From contig JAKMXF010000288.1 in the NCBI GenBank assembly GCA_024704765.1, forward strand, positions 485,445 through 549,444: DNA of 64,000 nucleotides, read 5' to 3'. Positions 37,085 through 50,142 of this stretch are shown here, one piece after another. The first letter of the stretch is position 1. Every line of letters begins with the position of its first letter. The position numbers were made by a program, and so were the translations under genes. Source of the stretch: Oopsacas minuta (lineage: Eukaryota; Animalia; Porifera). The notes beneath the pieces were generated by a model, which searched no databases, was not told the DNA's origin, and worked only from the letters and a program-made list of their open reading frames with translations.

Positions 37085-37456
37085 ATGACCTTAGAAATTC
37101 TAGAAAAACTGGAACCAATCCTCAAATCTGATTGGCGGATTCTTCTACCTGAAAATTCTAATTTTTTCGATTTAATAGAAAACGAAAGTTTAGCCAAATT
37201 TGACTCAAAACAAATAAAAAATTTGCTTTGTAAGAGCGAAGTTTCCCGCGTGTTTGCAGAGGCGATTCTTAACATACATTATTCTAAAAGGAAGCTATTC
37301 TATAAGAGGAACAAAAGGGAGCAGGAGACCCTAGAGGAACAGAGATTAGGCGCCACAATTGGTATCCTACAAGAACTTCGAAATTTCTATGAAAACGAGA
37401 AGAATGTTTTGAGAAGTGAGATTGGTTTTTACCAGTCAGCTTTAGACTCTCAATGA
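37085..37456 (+). CDS. Small divergent CNC/Maf-like bZIP protein, older paralog
   Basis: 123 aa, colinear with copies A/B (PILKSDW vs PVLVSNW; AILNIHYSKRK vs PILNMRYSRKK; EIGFYQ vs EISFYR). Confidence 0.68.
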   Translation: MTLEILEKLEPILKSDWRILLPENSNFFDLIENESLAKFDSKQIKNLLCKSEVSRVFAEAILNIHYSKRKLFYKRNKREQETLEEQRLGATIGILQELRNFYENEKNVLRSEIGFYQSALDSQ

Positions 37457-38922
37457 GATTACATTCCTTTCCTCCTTTGCTGTAACGCGCTTATTTTAAT
37501 TATGCATTTACACATATTTTCACGCCTCTTTTATGCTAACAAACTATAAATACTAAACACATGATTCTATGCTATATCTTAAAACAGCTGATACGCGCTA
37601 TAGTTATTATTAAGTGCTGAGGGACTAGTTCTTTATAATTCCAGATATTTTTGGCTAACTGGAACTATGACTGCCACCATTGTGTCACATCCTAGCTCTC
37701 TATTTTGTTGTTTTTAATTAATAGTTAAGATATGTATATATTGTCGTATTATGCCACTTTGTGCCACTTCACACCTTCCAAAGGATACATAATATCCATA
37801 CTGATTATTCTTTAGGATTTGTGTCCCCTCTGGAATGATCCTTTCGTCCCCTTGGGGTCGATAACCTATAGTGTCCCGATGTGATTCTATACTTCTGTTT
37901 GTTTATTAGTAAATATTAAGAATTGTTATGTCTTATCTTTCCTACGCTATTTATTATCAGCAGTGAATTCCTTTTGTGTATTATTGTAACTATGTTCTCA
38001 TCGCCATACTAACCGCTCAATAAACTCACGTCTACCTGGTACTCAGAGGTGTGAAAATTCGTACATACATATATATATATCTCATTAGTTCCAGTTATAT
38101 CAACACTGATATATAGAAATACCCGCTTATATCGAGGTGTGAAATAGTACAAATATAGTAACATATCGAAGTCATTATTACCGTCCTTTGAATTAGCATT
38201 AGACCCTTGTAGGATATATTAATTGTAATATTGCCCCTAGAGCACATAGATACGAATAATGGTATCAGGAATGCATCGGTATAATAGAGGAGACATAATA
38301 CACGAATATGGAAATTCAATTTCTTGCTGCAAATGCCAGCATTTGGATTGTCACATACGTGTATGCAATGCGGCTACTTGGTTCCTGTCTCCAGGACCTC
38401 TGAAGGGGGGAGAGGGCAGGAGAGTTGGCCTGCGTCTCATGCTCCAAGAGGCTTCTTAAAATCCATAATTCATAGATTAATAATAACAACTCTTGATAAG
38501 TGGTGAGGATAATTATTGTGACAATAGTCCAATCAACCACCTACATACCTATATGTGCCACTAGTATGACATAGGGACCTTGGCAAAGTACTTGTTGTAA
38601 CCACATTCCTAATCCTTCTTTCTGTTGTTAGGATTTGAGTGGGAGAGATATTTGCATTTTCATCTTTTGCAAGCTATTTGAATGGTCGCAATAATTATAA
38701 TCGAATAATTATATATTTTGGTTATTGGGGGTGCTGTGTCAACAACAACAACTTGCAATATGAACTATTCTTTTGTTTGGAAAATGTTTCAGCTATAAAA
38801 TGCCACTTTTCTAGACACAATACCACATGGACACATTTTTGGTATTTGTATTTACTTTCAGTTTAGTATTATAGTTTGATTTTAACCATGGATGTTGTAA
38901 ATTGTAAATTTACTAAAAAGTA

Positions 38923-39004
38923 CGCTGCGAGCAGGGTTCGAACCTGCGCGGGGAAACCCCATTAGATTTCAAGTCTAACGCCTTAACCACTCGGCCATCA
39001 CAGC
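38923..39004 (-). tRNA. tRNA-Ser(UGA)
   Basis: GCTGTGATGGCCGAGTGGTTAAGGCG-TTAGA-CTTGAAA-TCTAA-long variable arm-GGTTCGAACC-TCGCAGCG; the acceptor stem pairs. Confidence 0.95.
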
Positions 39005-39793
39005 TCATAAAGAATGTTTAAGTTCATTATGGAACTATAAAATTAGTATACTATTTTGTCTATTTCTACACAATAATTTGATTATTTGTTTTTTCAATTT
39101 GGAAATGTGCTAGTTCCATTCCCAGCCATTCTGCTGAATCAGCTGTTCGATTGAGAGTTTGAATTTAACCAAAAATACTACCAATTTCTCTCTTCTAATT
39201 GATATAAGAAGACTAATAATAAATCATCACTAGTTTCTGGAACTAATATGTAATGAAGAAGCTTAGGTTAGATTTCTGTAATTAGATTAGCATAAACTCA
39301 AATGTAACCAGAAAAACATAATTTTTATCAAATTAGCTTCTTTAAAGCAAGTATAACATTCCTGATAATATCACACTTATACTATAAATGAAGTTTAATG
39401 CGAATTAAGCTTGAATATTTGAGTTATGAAGATTTATTATTTGTTGTTAATAGTTCACACTATTTTGCTATTATTTAGCATCTTAAGTATTCGCATAAAA
39501 CAACAAATATTTGCATTATATCATATATTTGTTTGTTTGTTTGTTTGTTTGTTGTATATCCATGTTTTAACACTCTGACTTCCCAAATTAACAACAAATA
39601 ATTGAAATATGAATATTAATAATATTTAGAAAAGTGATATATAAATTTACAAACAAATCAATGAGCTCATTATTCAAATACAAACAAATCAGTAAACAAA
39701 TTGTAACTATCATAAAATGAAGCGATGATTGTGTAAAACAACAAGTAAATAGAAAACAATAAAATTAACACGTCTGAGCTGTTCTAAAAATAA

Positions 39794-41203
39794 CTACTCA
39801 CATCCAGATTGGTTCTTAGTTGTCCTCATAAGTGGCTTATGCATTCTGTAACCATCTATGGAATGATGCCACTCCCAACAAAGCCTGCAAAAGTATTTGA
39901 AGCAGTTCATGTCCCGACAGAAAAATGGGCCCATTATGCGTCCACATATGTTACAAGGGGTGTCTTCCAGATACGGATCCACCTGAACCTTCTTGGCGAA
40001 TTTTGAGGTTTTGATTTCCACATATCCTGCTTGTACACCCTTCATGTAGTTCTTAGCACTCACAAATGTTACCCTCCCAGATCCAATTGGGTACTTATGT
40101 CTGTCTGTATCGATCCCCGCGTACACGACACCTCCGAAAAGATCGTCCATTATCAGTGCTAGCGCATCTGCGTTCAAGAGTCCGTGTAGACCGCCGACGA
40201 ATACTGTAGTATTCGGATCTAATCGGGGACTAGCTCGGTATACGGAATTAGAGTCAGACAGGACCCAGGGGATCACTTGCACCTCTTTGTTCCTCATCCT
40301 AGAGGATGACACCTTGTAATAGTAGTCCCCTCCCTCGCTGGCGTCCTGTGTGCATCCTGTTAACAAGAGTTTAACACTCTTCTCTGAGTCAAATATGAGG
40401 TATGAGTAACCCTTTGGAGGGTGTCTGTTATGCTTACTATCCTTGCCAGGCCACTCTACTTTGAGGTTACCGAACAGTTTGAAGGTGTTAAGAAGTGTCT
40501 CTTCCGTTATGTCCCATGGTACTCCTCCCAGGAACACCTTTGTACTGTAAACAGGGTTACGGTAACGTCTGGGGGGCAGCTGTCCGGACCAAGTACATAT
40601 GACCTCTGGCATTTTCATGTACTCTTTAGTTTCGACACTTTGCATTTTCTGTCTGGGGAAGAAGGGGCTTGTCTTGTCCGGTTGGTAGAAATTATTGGGT
40701 ACAAGTGAGGGATACGTCCCCTGTGACCCTGGGTAGGTAACACGATGAGTTGTTGGAGACGGATTTCTCATTTGTGCCATTTCAAAGCTCTGATGGATTG
40801 AGTTTATGAATAAAGCACCAGGACTAGGGGAGACAGGCTGAGCGGGTAGCTCCGGGGGCCAGAATCTGGACTCCTGCTGTGGGTGACTCAGCCAATCAAG
40901 TGGAGGGGGGTTTATTATGTCCGCTATAAGGGGATCCTGTTGGTCAGCTGGTAGGGAGCAATTACTAGAGGAACTGTCCTCTTTCTCTGAAATCTGTTCC
41001 TTCTCGTTAAGTGGTGTTACAATACTCATTTCATTTAGTAATTGTGTCATATCTAACAGCTGTTTGTCACCTCCAGTCAGTGGCATATTGTCCTCGGGTG
41101 TTATTTCACGGTGCGACACAATTTGGTGGTTTGTTGTCACCTCTGATGGAATCTCCGGTAGGTATGATCCAAATGGTGAGCACAGGTAATTCGTGGCTTC
41201 CAT
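39794..41203 (-). CDS. CPEB1: Cytoplasmic polyadenylation element-binding protein, CPEB1/Orb subfamily, intronless
   Basis: [23 protein letters not shown]...[32 protein letters not shown] and the ZZ-type C/H finger (CNIC...[19 protein letters not shown]). Likely start is MEATNY at 41203. Confidence 0.95.
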   Translation of the reverse strand: MEATNYLCSPFGSYLPEIPSEVTTNHQIVSHREITPEDNMPLTGGDKQLLDMTQLLNEMSIVTPLNEKEQISEKEDSSSSNCSLPADQQDPLIADIINPPPLDWLSHPQQESRFWPPELPAQPVSPSPGALFINSIHQSFEMAQMRNPSPTTHRVTYPGSQGTYPSLVPNNFYQPDKTSPFFPRQKMQSVETKEYMKMPEVICTWSGQLPPRRYRNPVYSTKVFLGGVPWDITEETLLNTFKLFGNLKVEWPGKDSKHNRHPPKGYSYLIFDSEKSVKLLLTGCTQDASEGGDYYYKVSSSRMRNKEVQVIPWVLSDSNSVYRASPRLDPNTTVFVGGLHGLLNADALALIMDDLFGGVVYAGIDTDRHKYPIGSGRVTFVSAKNYMKGVQAGYVEIKTSKFAKKVQVDPYLEDTPCNICGRIMGPFFCRDMNCFKYFCRLCWEWHHSIDGYRMHKPLMRTTKNQSGCE

Positions 41204-41882
41204 TATGACACTAAAAAGGTGATAGTTCCAATAATAAATTCGCCAATAAAAATATTTCAAAAGCGCTGTAAAAATTTCTGACTTAACTCTTGGGCATATA
41301 TATATACTCTTTTGAATAAGAAGCCACTTTTGTATTAGCTAAGGTGTGAAGCCATTTGTGTCGTGAATAGAGCCATGTGGTGGAAACCATTCCTTACAAT
41401 ATTGAGATTCTAAATTTATTTGTTTGTATTTACTTTACTTCCGAGCTTTAATAGTTCCAGATGTTCACACCAGGTGGCTTGGATCTGAGGAATCTTATTG
41501 GTTGATTCTATTCTTGTGCATGGCTTGGGCAGCGAATCAAATTCTTTCTTTTATTTTGTTTATTTTGTTTGTTTGTTTGTTTGTTTGTTTATCACATTTT
41601 GGATTCACAGGTTATACACAGATTTCTTAATTAGAATGTTCACACCTTTTGTGGGAACACTTCAATAATTTTACAATAATTGTATTATCATAAATTATGT
41701 TTTCTAACTCTAAACTGATTGGCTGAACAGAGCTATTGAATTGATAATCAGCTGATTTCCCCGCGTGATTTGTTACATAACTTTATTTCTGAATTCATTT
41801 TATGCTTCAATTATTCAATTATATTCAATATTTATTCAAGAAATTAGGCTAAATTGGCCCAATTTGGAGCCAAATAGTACCC

Positions 41883-42086
41883 CCCCCTTCAATGATCCCC
41901 TCCCTCATTGAGGGGTGTAGCAAATACCAACGAGGTAACCATGGAAACTGGGACATAACACGTCACAGAAACACGTTAGGAAGTTGGTGAATATATTCAT
42001 GTGTAGAATGCTATGATTCATGGAATGTAGTATGTGATTATATGTTATGTCCCCCGTACAAAGGTGTTAAAATATGAATAATCACC
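41883..42086 (+). repeat. Dispersed repeat, copy 2 (upstream of FoxJ2/3)
   Basis: Homologous to 16320-16484. Confidence 0.8.
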
Positions 42087-42159
42087 TTGGTTATTGAAAA
42101 TTTGTAAATATTTGTCATTTTGTTAGTTGTGTGGTAGCTATGATTTGATTGGTCAGTTT

Positions 42160-43430
42160 ATGACAGAACTTGACAGAAGTTTGACTAACATTGATTGGCT
42201 AATCAGCTGTTCAAAAGATAAACAGCCAATCAATTCAAAGATTGAACAAAAACATTTTTGCGGGAATTGTCTTTATTGTTCCCGTCTCGGGACCCGTCCT
42301 AAACCCCAGAAAATCTCTCCTGGTCAATCAGATACCTCAATGAAATCCTCTTCTCCCAGGGCGCCAAATAAACCATCACATTCCTATGCTCATATCATAG
42401 CAACAGCTATTAAGAAATCTTCAAATCAGAAACTGACTCTAAATGAAATATATAGTTCTATCCTAGATACGTATCCGTACTTCAGGAATGCAGCACCTGG
42501 ATGGAAGGTATATATTCATATCTTAACACCTTATAGTTCCAGTATAAAATGTATCTATTTTTAGAACTCTGTGAGACACAACTTGTCACTTAATAAGCTC
42601 TTTAAGAGAGTAGCTCGTCCTAAAGGAGAATCTGGGAAGGTTGTAGCTATTTTTAGTAACATTCTATTTATAGTGACATGTTGTAATTATTATAGGGTGC
42701 TTACTGGGAGATTGACCAATCAGCTGTTTTGTTAGTTAAACGTGAGCCTAAATCTCTTCGAAAGATTGTAAGTCACAGATCAGCTGATTATGTAAATATT
42801 TTCAGACGTGTTATTCTATTTATAGAATTCTTCAAAGGTTAACACCTCTCCTATTATTCCTGTTCCCTATCCTCCTGTCCCCTATCCCATGTGTCATATG
42901 TATCCCTTCGAAACTCAGAACCATCTCAACCAATCATTTACAGCCTTTTATCGGTATATTATCACATATTTGACATGTTACCTTAGCAACCAAATTAATG
43001 TCTGTTTCTAGATCTCTGATAGAAGTACAGAGACTAGATGACGTCACGACTGATACCTCTACATTGGTGAGAGGACAGGGGGAACTGTTAGATGTAGACG
43101 TGTCAAGATTTGAGGGATTAGTATCTTCTATCAATCCGGGTATGCTGTTGTTGTTGTTGTTGTTGTTGTTGTTTTTATGAATATAAAGTAAACAAATACT
43201 TGAGGCTTGCTCTTATTATTATTGTTTATTATTGTTGTTGTTATTATTGATTAGCAGATGCAGTGTCAGGAGATCTGTTCAGGAGTCTCAAAGATTCATT
43301 CAGTAATTTCCTGAGGGGACTGTCCAATGGACCTGAAGTAGAGACCTACCCCAAGCAGTATCCACAAGAAGAGCTCTATTCTAGCAACGAACCATCCTCT
43401 CAGGAATTTGATTGGAATGCTATTTTATGA
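42160..43430 (+). CDS. FoxJ2/3: Forkhead transcription factor, FoxJ2/3 type
   Basis: N-terminal ELDRSLTNIDWL; forkhead domain split over three exons (KPSHSYAHII...GWK|NSVRHNLSLNKLF...GK|GAYWEID); C-terminal EFDWNAIL matches the FoxJ2/3 DFDWD motif. Confidence 0.88.
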
Positions 43431-43563
43431 TTATTCATATACCCGATCGCTTAGGATTTGTTTTAACTAAATTTTCTTTTTTATATAAACTGACACATTC
43501 CAATTCCTCAATTCTATCTCTATGATATTCCTGGTATAACTAGCAATCTGATTGGTTAACAGA

Positions 43564-46500
43564 ATGGTGGATGATAGTATAAATTGTCTCTCTTTCCTCT
43601 TGGAATGTAAGATTATAATCACAGGGCACACACCACTCCCTAGCAACGATAACTACACACAGGTATGCAGACTCAGCTCTGTTACAGAATTACCTACACA
43701 GGATGATGACGTCACGCGAAAATTTCAGAGTATTTTCCTGCGTCGAGTAGCTCTAGAGTATGACGAGATTAAATTTGTAATATTAACATTTAAGCGGACT
43801 TATTTGCATAGCAACCGAGAATCTCCTCTGGAATCTACACCATTCCAGAATCTACGTGTGGTTGCTAGGGAGGTGTGTATTGATAGAATACTTACTCAGG
43901 TTTGTGTAGAATAGTTTAACCAATCATATGTTTAGTTTATATTTCAAACAGCTGATGAGTCTATCTTCAGAATCTGACACCTTGGGAGAGGACAGTTTAT
44001 GGATGAGTGTAGCCAATCAGAATGCAGGGTCTCATGATTCTAGGTTCTTGTCTGCGTTACGACATTTAACCGGATGTGATACTGATACCTCTCCTCTCCC
44101 CGATCAGCTGTTACCAACTTTGGCGCACAAATTAGGAGAAAGTGACTTGGGAATTTCTGCTCTAATTAGGTTAGTTATCATCCATGGTCAGTTAGTGATA
44201 AACTCTCTAATCTGATTGGTCAATAGGATGCTGCGAGCAGGATGCGAGCAGATCAGAGGTGTCGAGTCATTGGAAAAAGTGGCATCGCGACACCAGGTGG
44301 TTTTCCCACCTGTGGAGACATTAGTGTCGCTTCAGGAATGTTCTCATACGATAGCACATCAGCTTATAAAAGAGGTTAGTTTCAGTTCCAATTGGAACAT
44401 AACAATATGATTATTTATTGCTAGGTTAAGGAGCGATCAGCTGACACAGGAAAATATTACTCACATTCCTCTTGTCTCAGTGAGTTGCTAGGTTACAGCA
44501 TAATAATGCCGAGTATAAATGTGAAATATTTGAACAATTCATGTTACATTCCTTTGAAGTCGTTGCCTGGTTACCCAAGAGATTTTCAAAGAATGTTACA
44601 GGTTAGTTACTATGTGAATAGATAGGAATGTTGGGAATGTTATATTTCTATTTTTAGAACAGTAACACGTTAAAACAGCAGAATAGTGAGTATACACATA
44701 AATTGTGTAAATTGACTCACGCAATTTTGAAGAAAATATTAAGAAACTCTGATAAACACCTCAAAAGCGCGCCTTTAATTTGGTTGAGTGACGTCATAAA
44801 TTCCCATCAGCTGTTAACTACACCTAAGTTTATGCGCGGGAAAGAAGAACAGCTGGTAGCTCATCCAGGATGGCGCCTAAATTTCTGTTATTTATTGCTG
44901 TTATTCTGTGAGCCTTTCTTCTCCCGCTCAGCCAATCAGAAGTTATCTTTAATAGCAATAGATTACGTCATCAGTAAGGAATGTAGATTGGATTTACCTA
45001 ATGAGTCTTGTCTAGCTAGAGGTGTTATCCCGCCCAGAACTGACACTAACACCCAATCAAATGTAAGTTTACTGATTTATACATATACTGTAAAACCTCG
45101 CAGATCTTGACAACCTTTGTAATTTATCTCAGAGGTTATACTGCATTCCTTTTACTACATTCTGTATCTAGGCAAACTTCATAACAGAAATATTCCATTT
45201 TACTCTGAGAGCTCTGAATCTATTATTAATTGCTCCGATGAACCAAGCTATGCAGGTTAGTTGTTTGTTTATTTATTTGTTGTTGTTTATCTGTCTGCTA
45301 GGTAGTGTCAGATCTATCCAAAGCAGCTCATAACATGTCTCCAGAGTCTCCGGAGAGGGAACGACTAGAGGAACTATCAGGCCTAACATTCATAACTTGG
45401 GACTTAACAATTCTTAACGAACAGTTTGCCCTTATGGTTTCACAATTCTATATAACAGCTGGTATATGGTTAAATATGAGTATTGAATCTAATCAGCTGA
45501 TTGAGGTGTGTGAATATAGTATACTCTGCTTAATATAGTCGCCGGTTAATCTGCTAACACCTTTTAAAACGGTCTCTGGTACTGGTATGACCCTATTTAG
45601 CTGAGTATACTGTTATAAATGATAACATTCCTGTCTTATCAATTCGTTGCTAGGCTCTATCCCATATTCCTGAATTCCTAATTAAAGACAGCTGTCAATG
45701 GTTCCGGTTTCTAGTGACGTCATCACCCAATCTATTCCGTCTCTTAGAAATGGCGCCTGTTATTGATTTATATGTTTTATTATTGGAGAGACAGGATCTA
45801 ATGCCTGGTCCTGTTAGCCAATCAAAAGTAAGTATTTATACATTCCAATCTATGTATTATGTAACTAGCGTATGAATTGTCACAGGTAGTCTCATTTCTA
45901 CTGAGTCTTGTGCAAACACAGCTGGGAAGTATATCAGCTGTTCAGCTGTCTACCAGCTGGTCCTCTGTCCACGGGGAGTTAGCTACCATCCTCCATTCCA
46001 ATCCTACTGTAAGGGATAAGTTAGGGCCTGCTCTCCTGTCCTGTTACACAGCTGTAGACGTAGTGGAGGGTCTGGATGTGGATAAAGACTCTTTTGATAA
46101 GTTTAGTGCCAGACAGGATATCACTAATCTAATTACACATTTATGGAACAGACAGGATTGTAGGTAAACAGATAGATTAATAGAAACAAACAAACAAACA
46201 AACAAACAAACAAACAAACAAATGAATGAATGAATTTCGCATTTCCTGTTTTCATAATGTAGGGATTCAGTGTTAAGACAGTGTAACACCTCGTTATTTC
46301 CAGCATTCCTTAACAGTATCCTAGATACACTCTTATATATGCTAAATGACAGCATTCACAGACTCAGGAATGCTCGCTTAATCCAGATTAGCATGGAGGA
46401 GGACAGCTGGTCACGTTTGACACCTCGTGAACAGAGAGCAAAGCAGGACTTCTTGAGTAGTGAGGAGAGAGTAACCAGAGGTTTCTTATCCATCTCTCAG

Positions 46501-49500
46501 ACAGCTCTCTCTCTCCTTCAGGTGTTAAGTGAGTCAGCTGATGTGTCTAGCATATTATCTCAACAACCTCTATGTCATAGAGTAGCATCTGCTTTCATTG
46601 GTCAGTTGTTGTTGTTGTTTAATATTTGTTTATGTTTACTTGGCGGGTTGCTAATTTGGAGGTAAACTACAAATTGAATATTTGAATTAATCTCATAGAA
46701 TATATTATACACAAGGTTTGACACCCCTATAGCTGTTATGATTGATAAGATTTCTATTTTTAGAAATATCGAACTGCTATTTATTGGGAATTATAATTCT
46801 CCAGAATTTCTTGTCACTTCCGTTATAATTATCCTGGAAGACAGTTACCATATACGGACAGGATAGCTAATATGAACCAAACCATTTGTTCCAATAAGAA
46901 TTATTATATGAGTAAATATGAAATGTCTTTATTATAAGCAAGGTTCTGGGTCTAAGAGGAAGAGGTGTTTCGACATACCGGATATAAGAACCATCTTTAT
47001 CACACTTCTATTAATGTAGATATTTTGTATTATTTGTAACAAATATAACATAAAAGTAGTTATAATTTAATTAAGAAAATTTGATATTTTGTTATTTGCA
47101 AATTATAGAAATAAGTTTACTGAGAAAGAACTTTCAACCACATTCCTTACAGTATCCTAGCAACGAGACATAATAACATACAGCTGTACAACCTCGTGTT
47201 TATTCTAACAAGAATTATACTCACATCATCCAATTATTGTTGTTTGTTTACTTGACAAACTAAACCATATTACAGCTATAAATGCACAAGATTATCCCTA
47301 GCAACCAATTCATATCTAAACTATTCCAACATTCATCATCAAATGGCATACCGATGCTCAATCGCCCACAAGTCATAGACCCCATAGAGGAACACATCAA
47401 CTATACCATAGATTGTCTCATAGGGCTACTGAATGTCCGCAGAGCTCAGCTGCTGGAGCTAGCCCACAATATCCCCGAAGACAAGAGAGCCGCAGAGATC
47501 GCTCGAGATCAAATGATCGCCCAACTGACAGAGGCCCAAGCACACCTCCAAGGAGACTTAAGAGAAAATCCCCTCCAGTCCATGCAAGAGAGAATGGCCC
47601 AAGAAATGAACGACAAATTACGAGATCTACAAAATATCATCCCCGTAGAGACACAATTAAAGTGGCAGTGTGACACACGTGACCTAGAAACGAGCATTTC
47701 CCATCTAGGAGAGATCATACAGGTACCAGTAGGAGCACCAGATTATGCTAAATTCCAAACTTCCACTGTTGCTACTGGGAAGAAAGGTAGAGGTCCTGGC
47801 GAGTTGCCTTGCCCATTAGGTGTAGCTATACATGAAGATACACACCAAATATTTGTAGCTAATAATCTCAATAAGAGAGTAGAGATATTCTCTGACACAG
47901 GCGAGTACCTCAATCAGCTGGGTGTAGGACAGCTGGATCAGCCATGGGGTATAGCTATACACGGAGAGGATGTGTATGTCAGCTGCTTGGAAGTTAGCAC
48001 TGTAAACCAATTCACACTAACTGACATGAGTCTTGTTAGGAAGATAGGAGGTGAGGGATCAAACAACGGACAATTCAACAGTCCTAGACAACTAACAACA
48101 GAATCAGCGTACACGACACAAACCTGAACCATCTACGTAACATTACTCATCAGTCAATGACACTACCATATGATGTTAAAGTGTCACGTGACCGCATGTA
48201 CGTACTGTGTCCATATAACAACCCGTGTATGCTGGTGCTAACCCTAGAGGAAGACAAGCTACACTCCCTCATTACCTCTGGACAAGGAATGGATGTGTTA
48301 TACCCTTCCTTCTTCTGTCTAGATCCATTTAATAACTTTGGTTTTAGCAATCAAGAATCTCACTCAATTCGGGTATTCTCTCCAGAAGGCAATCTCCTAC
48401 ACACGATAGAAACAAAGGGAGACCAACAAGGAATGTTATTTGAGCCCGGAGGAATAGCTATAACTCCTAATGGGAGATTAGTTAGTGTGTCAAATAATAG
48501 GCACTACAGTCTACAAATATATTATTAGTTTGTTTGTTTGTTTATTTGTTTGTTTTGTTTATATTTATCAATAAATATCCCAAATTATTCTTTACCAAAT
48601 TTGATTTTGTCTTTGAATTTATTCTACATATTTGATTTGAATTCCGTTGCTAGGGTTTTTTGACTCCCTCTGCGGTCCCAGAGCTAAGGAAATAAATGTC
48701 AGGAAGAAAGAGAATTTCAAGTTCGAACCTAAACGGCTATTACGCGGGCTTTCTCAGGTGACAGCTCAGATATTATCAGCTGATCAAGGAAAATTCTATT
48801 CTGCTCTGTTAACCAATCAGGATTTAGAGATTAGTTCTTTTAGGAAAATGTGTCAAGTGGTTTCAGAGGAGGGTGTCAGCTGGTCAAACAGCTGTTATAA
48901 ACTACTTGATAGATTGGTTAGTTATTTCTGGAACTAATTAACAAATATGATACATACTATAAAACTAACTTTTATCTTTTCAGTCAGCTGATATTGTCCC
49001 TGAGCGATCAGCTGATCTACAAGATCTCACCTGGTTATCTCAAGGTGTTGAAATGGAACTTGGCCTTGATTCCCTAACAGAGGCATATATTGTGTCTCTA
49101 GGGGAGAGCCAATATGACTCATGCTCCCTAGCAACATGTCATACATTAAGGAATGCATTACCAGAAGGAGCGCCATCTCAAACCAGACTTAAATCTCTCT
49201 TAAAAGAGGTTAGCAACGCTTTAATATAATAGGAATGTATGCTTATTATTTGTATAGGCTTCTCAGCTACAAGAATCTCTGCCTCTTCATCCGGACTCTT
49301 CAATATTTGTCCGTCAAGATGAAGACAGAATGGATTTAGTGCGGGGGTTAATAACAGGACCGACTGGCTCTCCGTATGCTTATGGATGCTTCCAATTTGA
49401 TTGTTTGTTTCCCCAGAATTATCCGGCGATACCTCCACTTGTTAAGTTCTGTACTACAGGGGGCGGGACCGTGCGGTTTAATCCGAACCTCTACGCTGAC

Positions 49501-50029
49501 GGGAAGGTGTGTCTGTCACTTCTGGGGACATGGCACGGAGGTGACCAATCAGAGAAATGGGATCCTCAGGTATCTATAAATAGACCCAGATTATAGCAGT
49601 GATTTGATTGGTTGTTTGTAGGTGTCATCTCTTTATCAGGTGTTAGTTTCAATTCAGGGAATTATTTTAATTCCTGAACCTCTGTATAATGAACCCGGAT
49701 ATGAGAGTATCAGGGGGACAGAGGAGGGTGTCAGGAGGAGCAAAGAGACCAACTCAGAATTAGCTCTATTTACAGTAAGACACGCAATGTGTGACGTCAT
49801 TAGAAATCCACCTGATGGATTCCAGGAACTAATCCAGGTATTTGATTGGTTGAATTTGTTAATTCCATGTAAAGATTAACCAATCAAATTTTAGATTCAT
49901 TTCTCACTTTTAAAGCCACAAATCTTGTCTCAGTGCCATAAATGGATACAGGAGTGTCCGGCCAATCAAATGCGAGGACGTCTGATCAGAGCAGTCCAAC
50001 AGCTGAAAGAAATTCTTGACACCTTATGA
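43564..50029 (+). CDS. UBE4/Ufd2-core protein with a C-terminal BIRC6-type ubiquitin-conjugating (UBC) domain and no U-box
   Basis: Ufd2-core motifs [10 protein letters not shown]...[18 protein letters not shown] and [11 protein letters not shown]...FEPKRLL. These splice in phase to [21 protein letters not shown]...[19 protein letters not shown], which retains the catalytic Cys. Stop at 50027-50029; the exact start is uncertain. Confidence 0.82.
47343..48528 (+). pseudogene. Frameshifted paralog of the 12535-13773 NHL gene, inside an intron of the UBE4-UBC gene
   Basis: The homologous ATG at 47343 is followed by a 1-nt deletion and a stop within 12 codons. A second frameshifting deletion of about 43 nt at about 48100 removes [14 protein letters not shown]. 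Confidence 0.85.
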
Positions 50030-50142
50030 ATTATTCTATTTTTAGATATTAGATTGATTGGCTGATTGTATATTGAGTTATGACGTAACTATCCACAGTC
50101 CTGGGTAGCTATAAATAGGAGTAAATCTGTGTTAGTTTAGAA

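Noticed and set aside
37700-38640. Possible multi-exon minus-strand gene (fragments such as SLLEHETQANSPALSPLQRSWRQEPSSRIAY)
   Set aside because: Several plausible donors are present, but there is no recognisable homology or verified phase-consistent chain; RNA-seq is needed.
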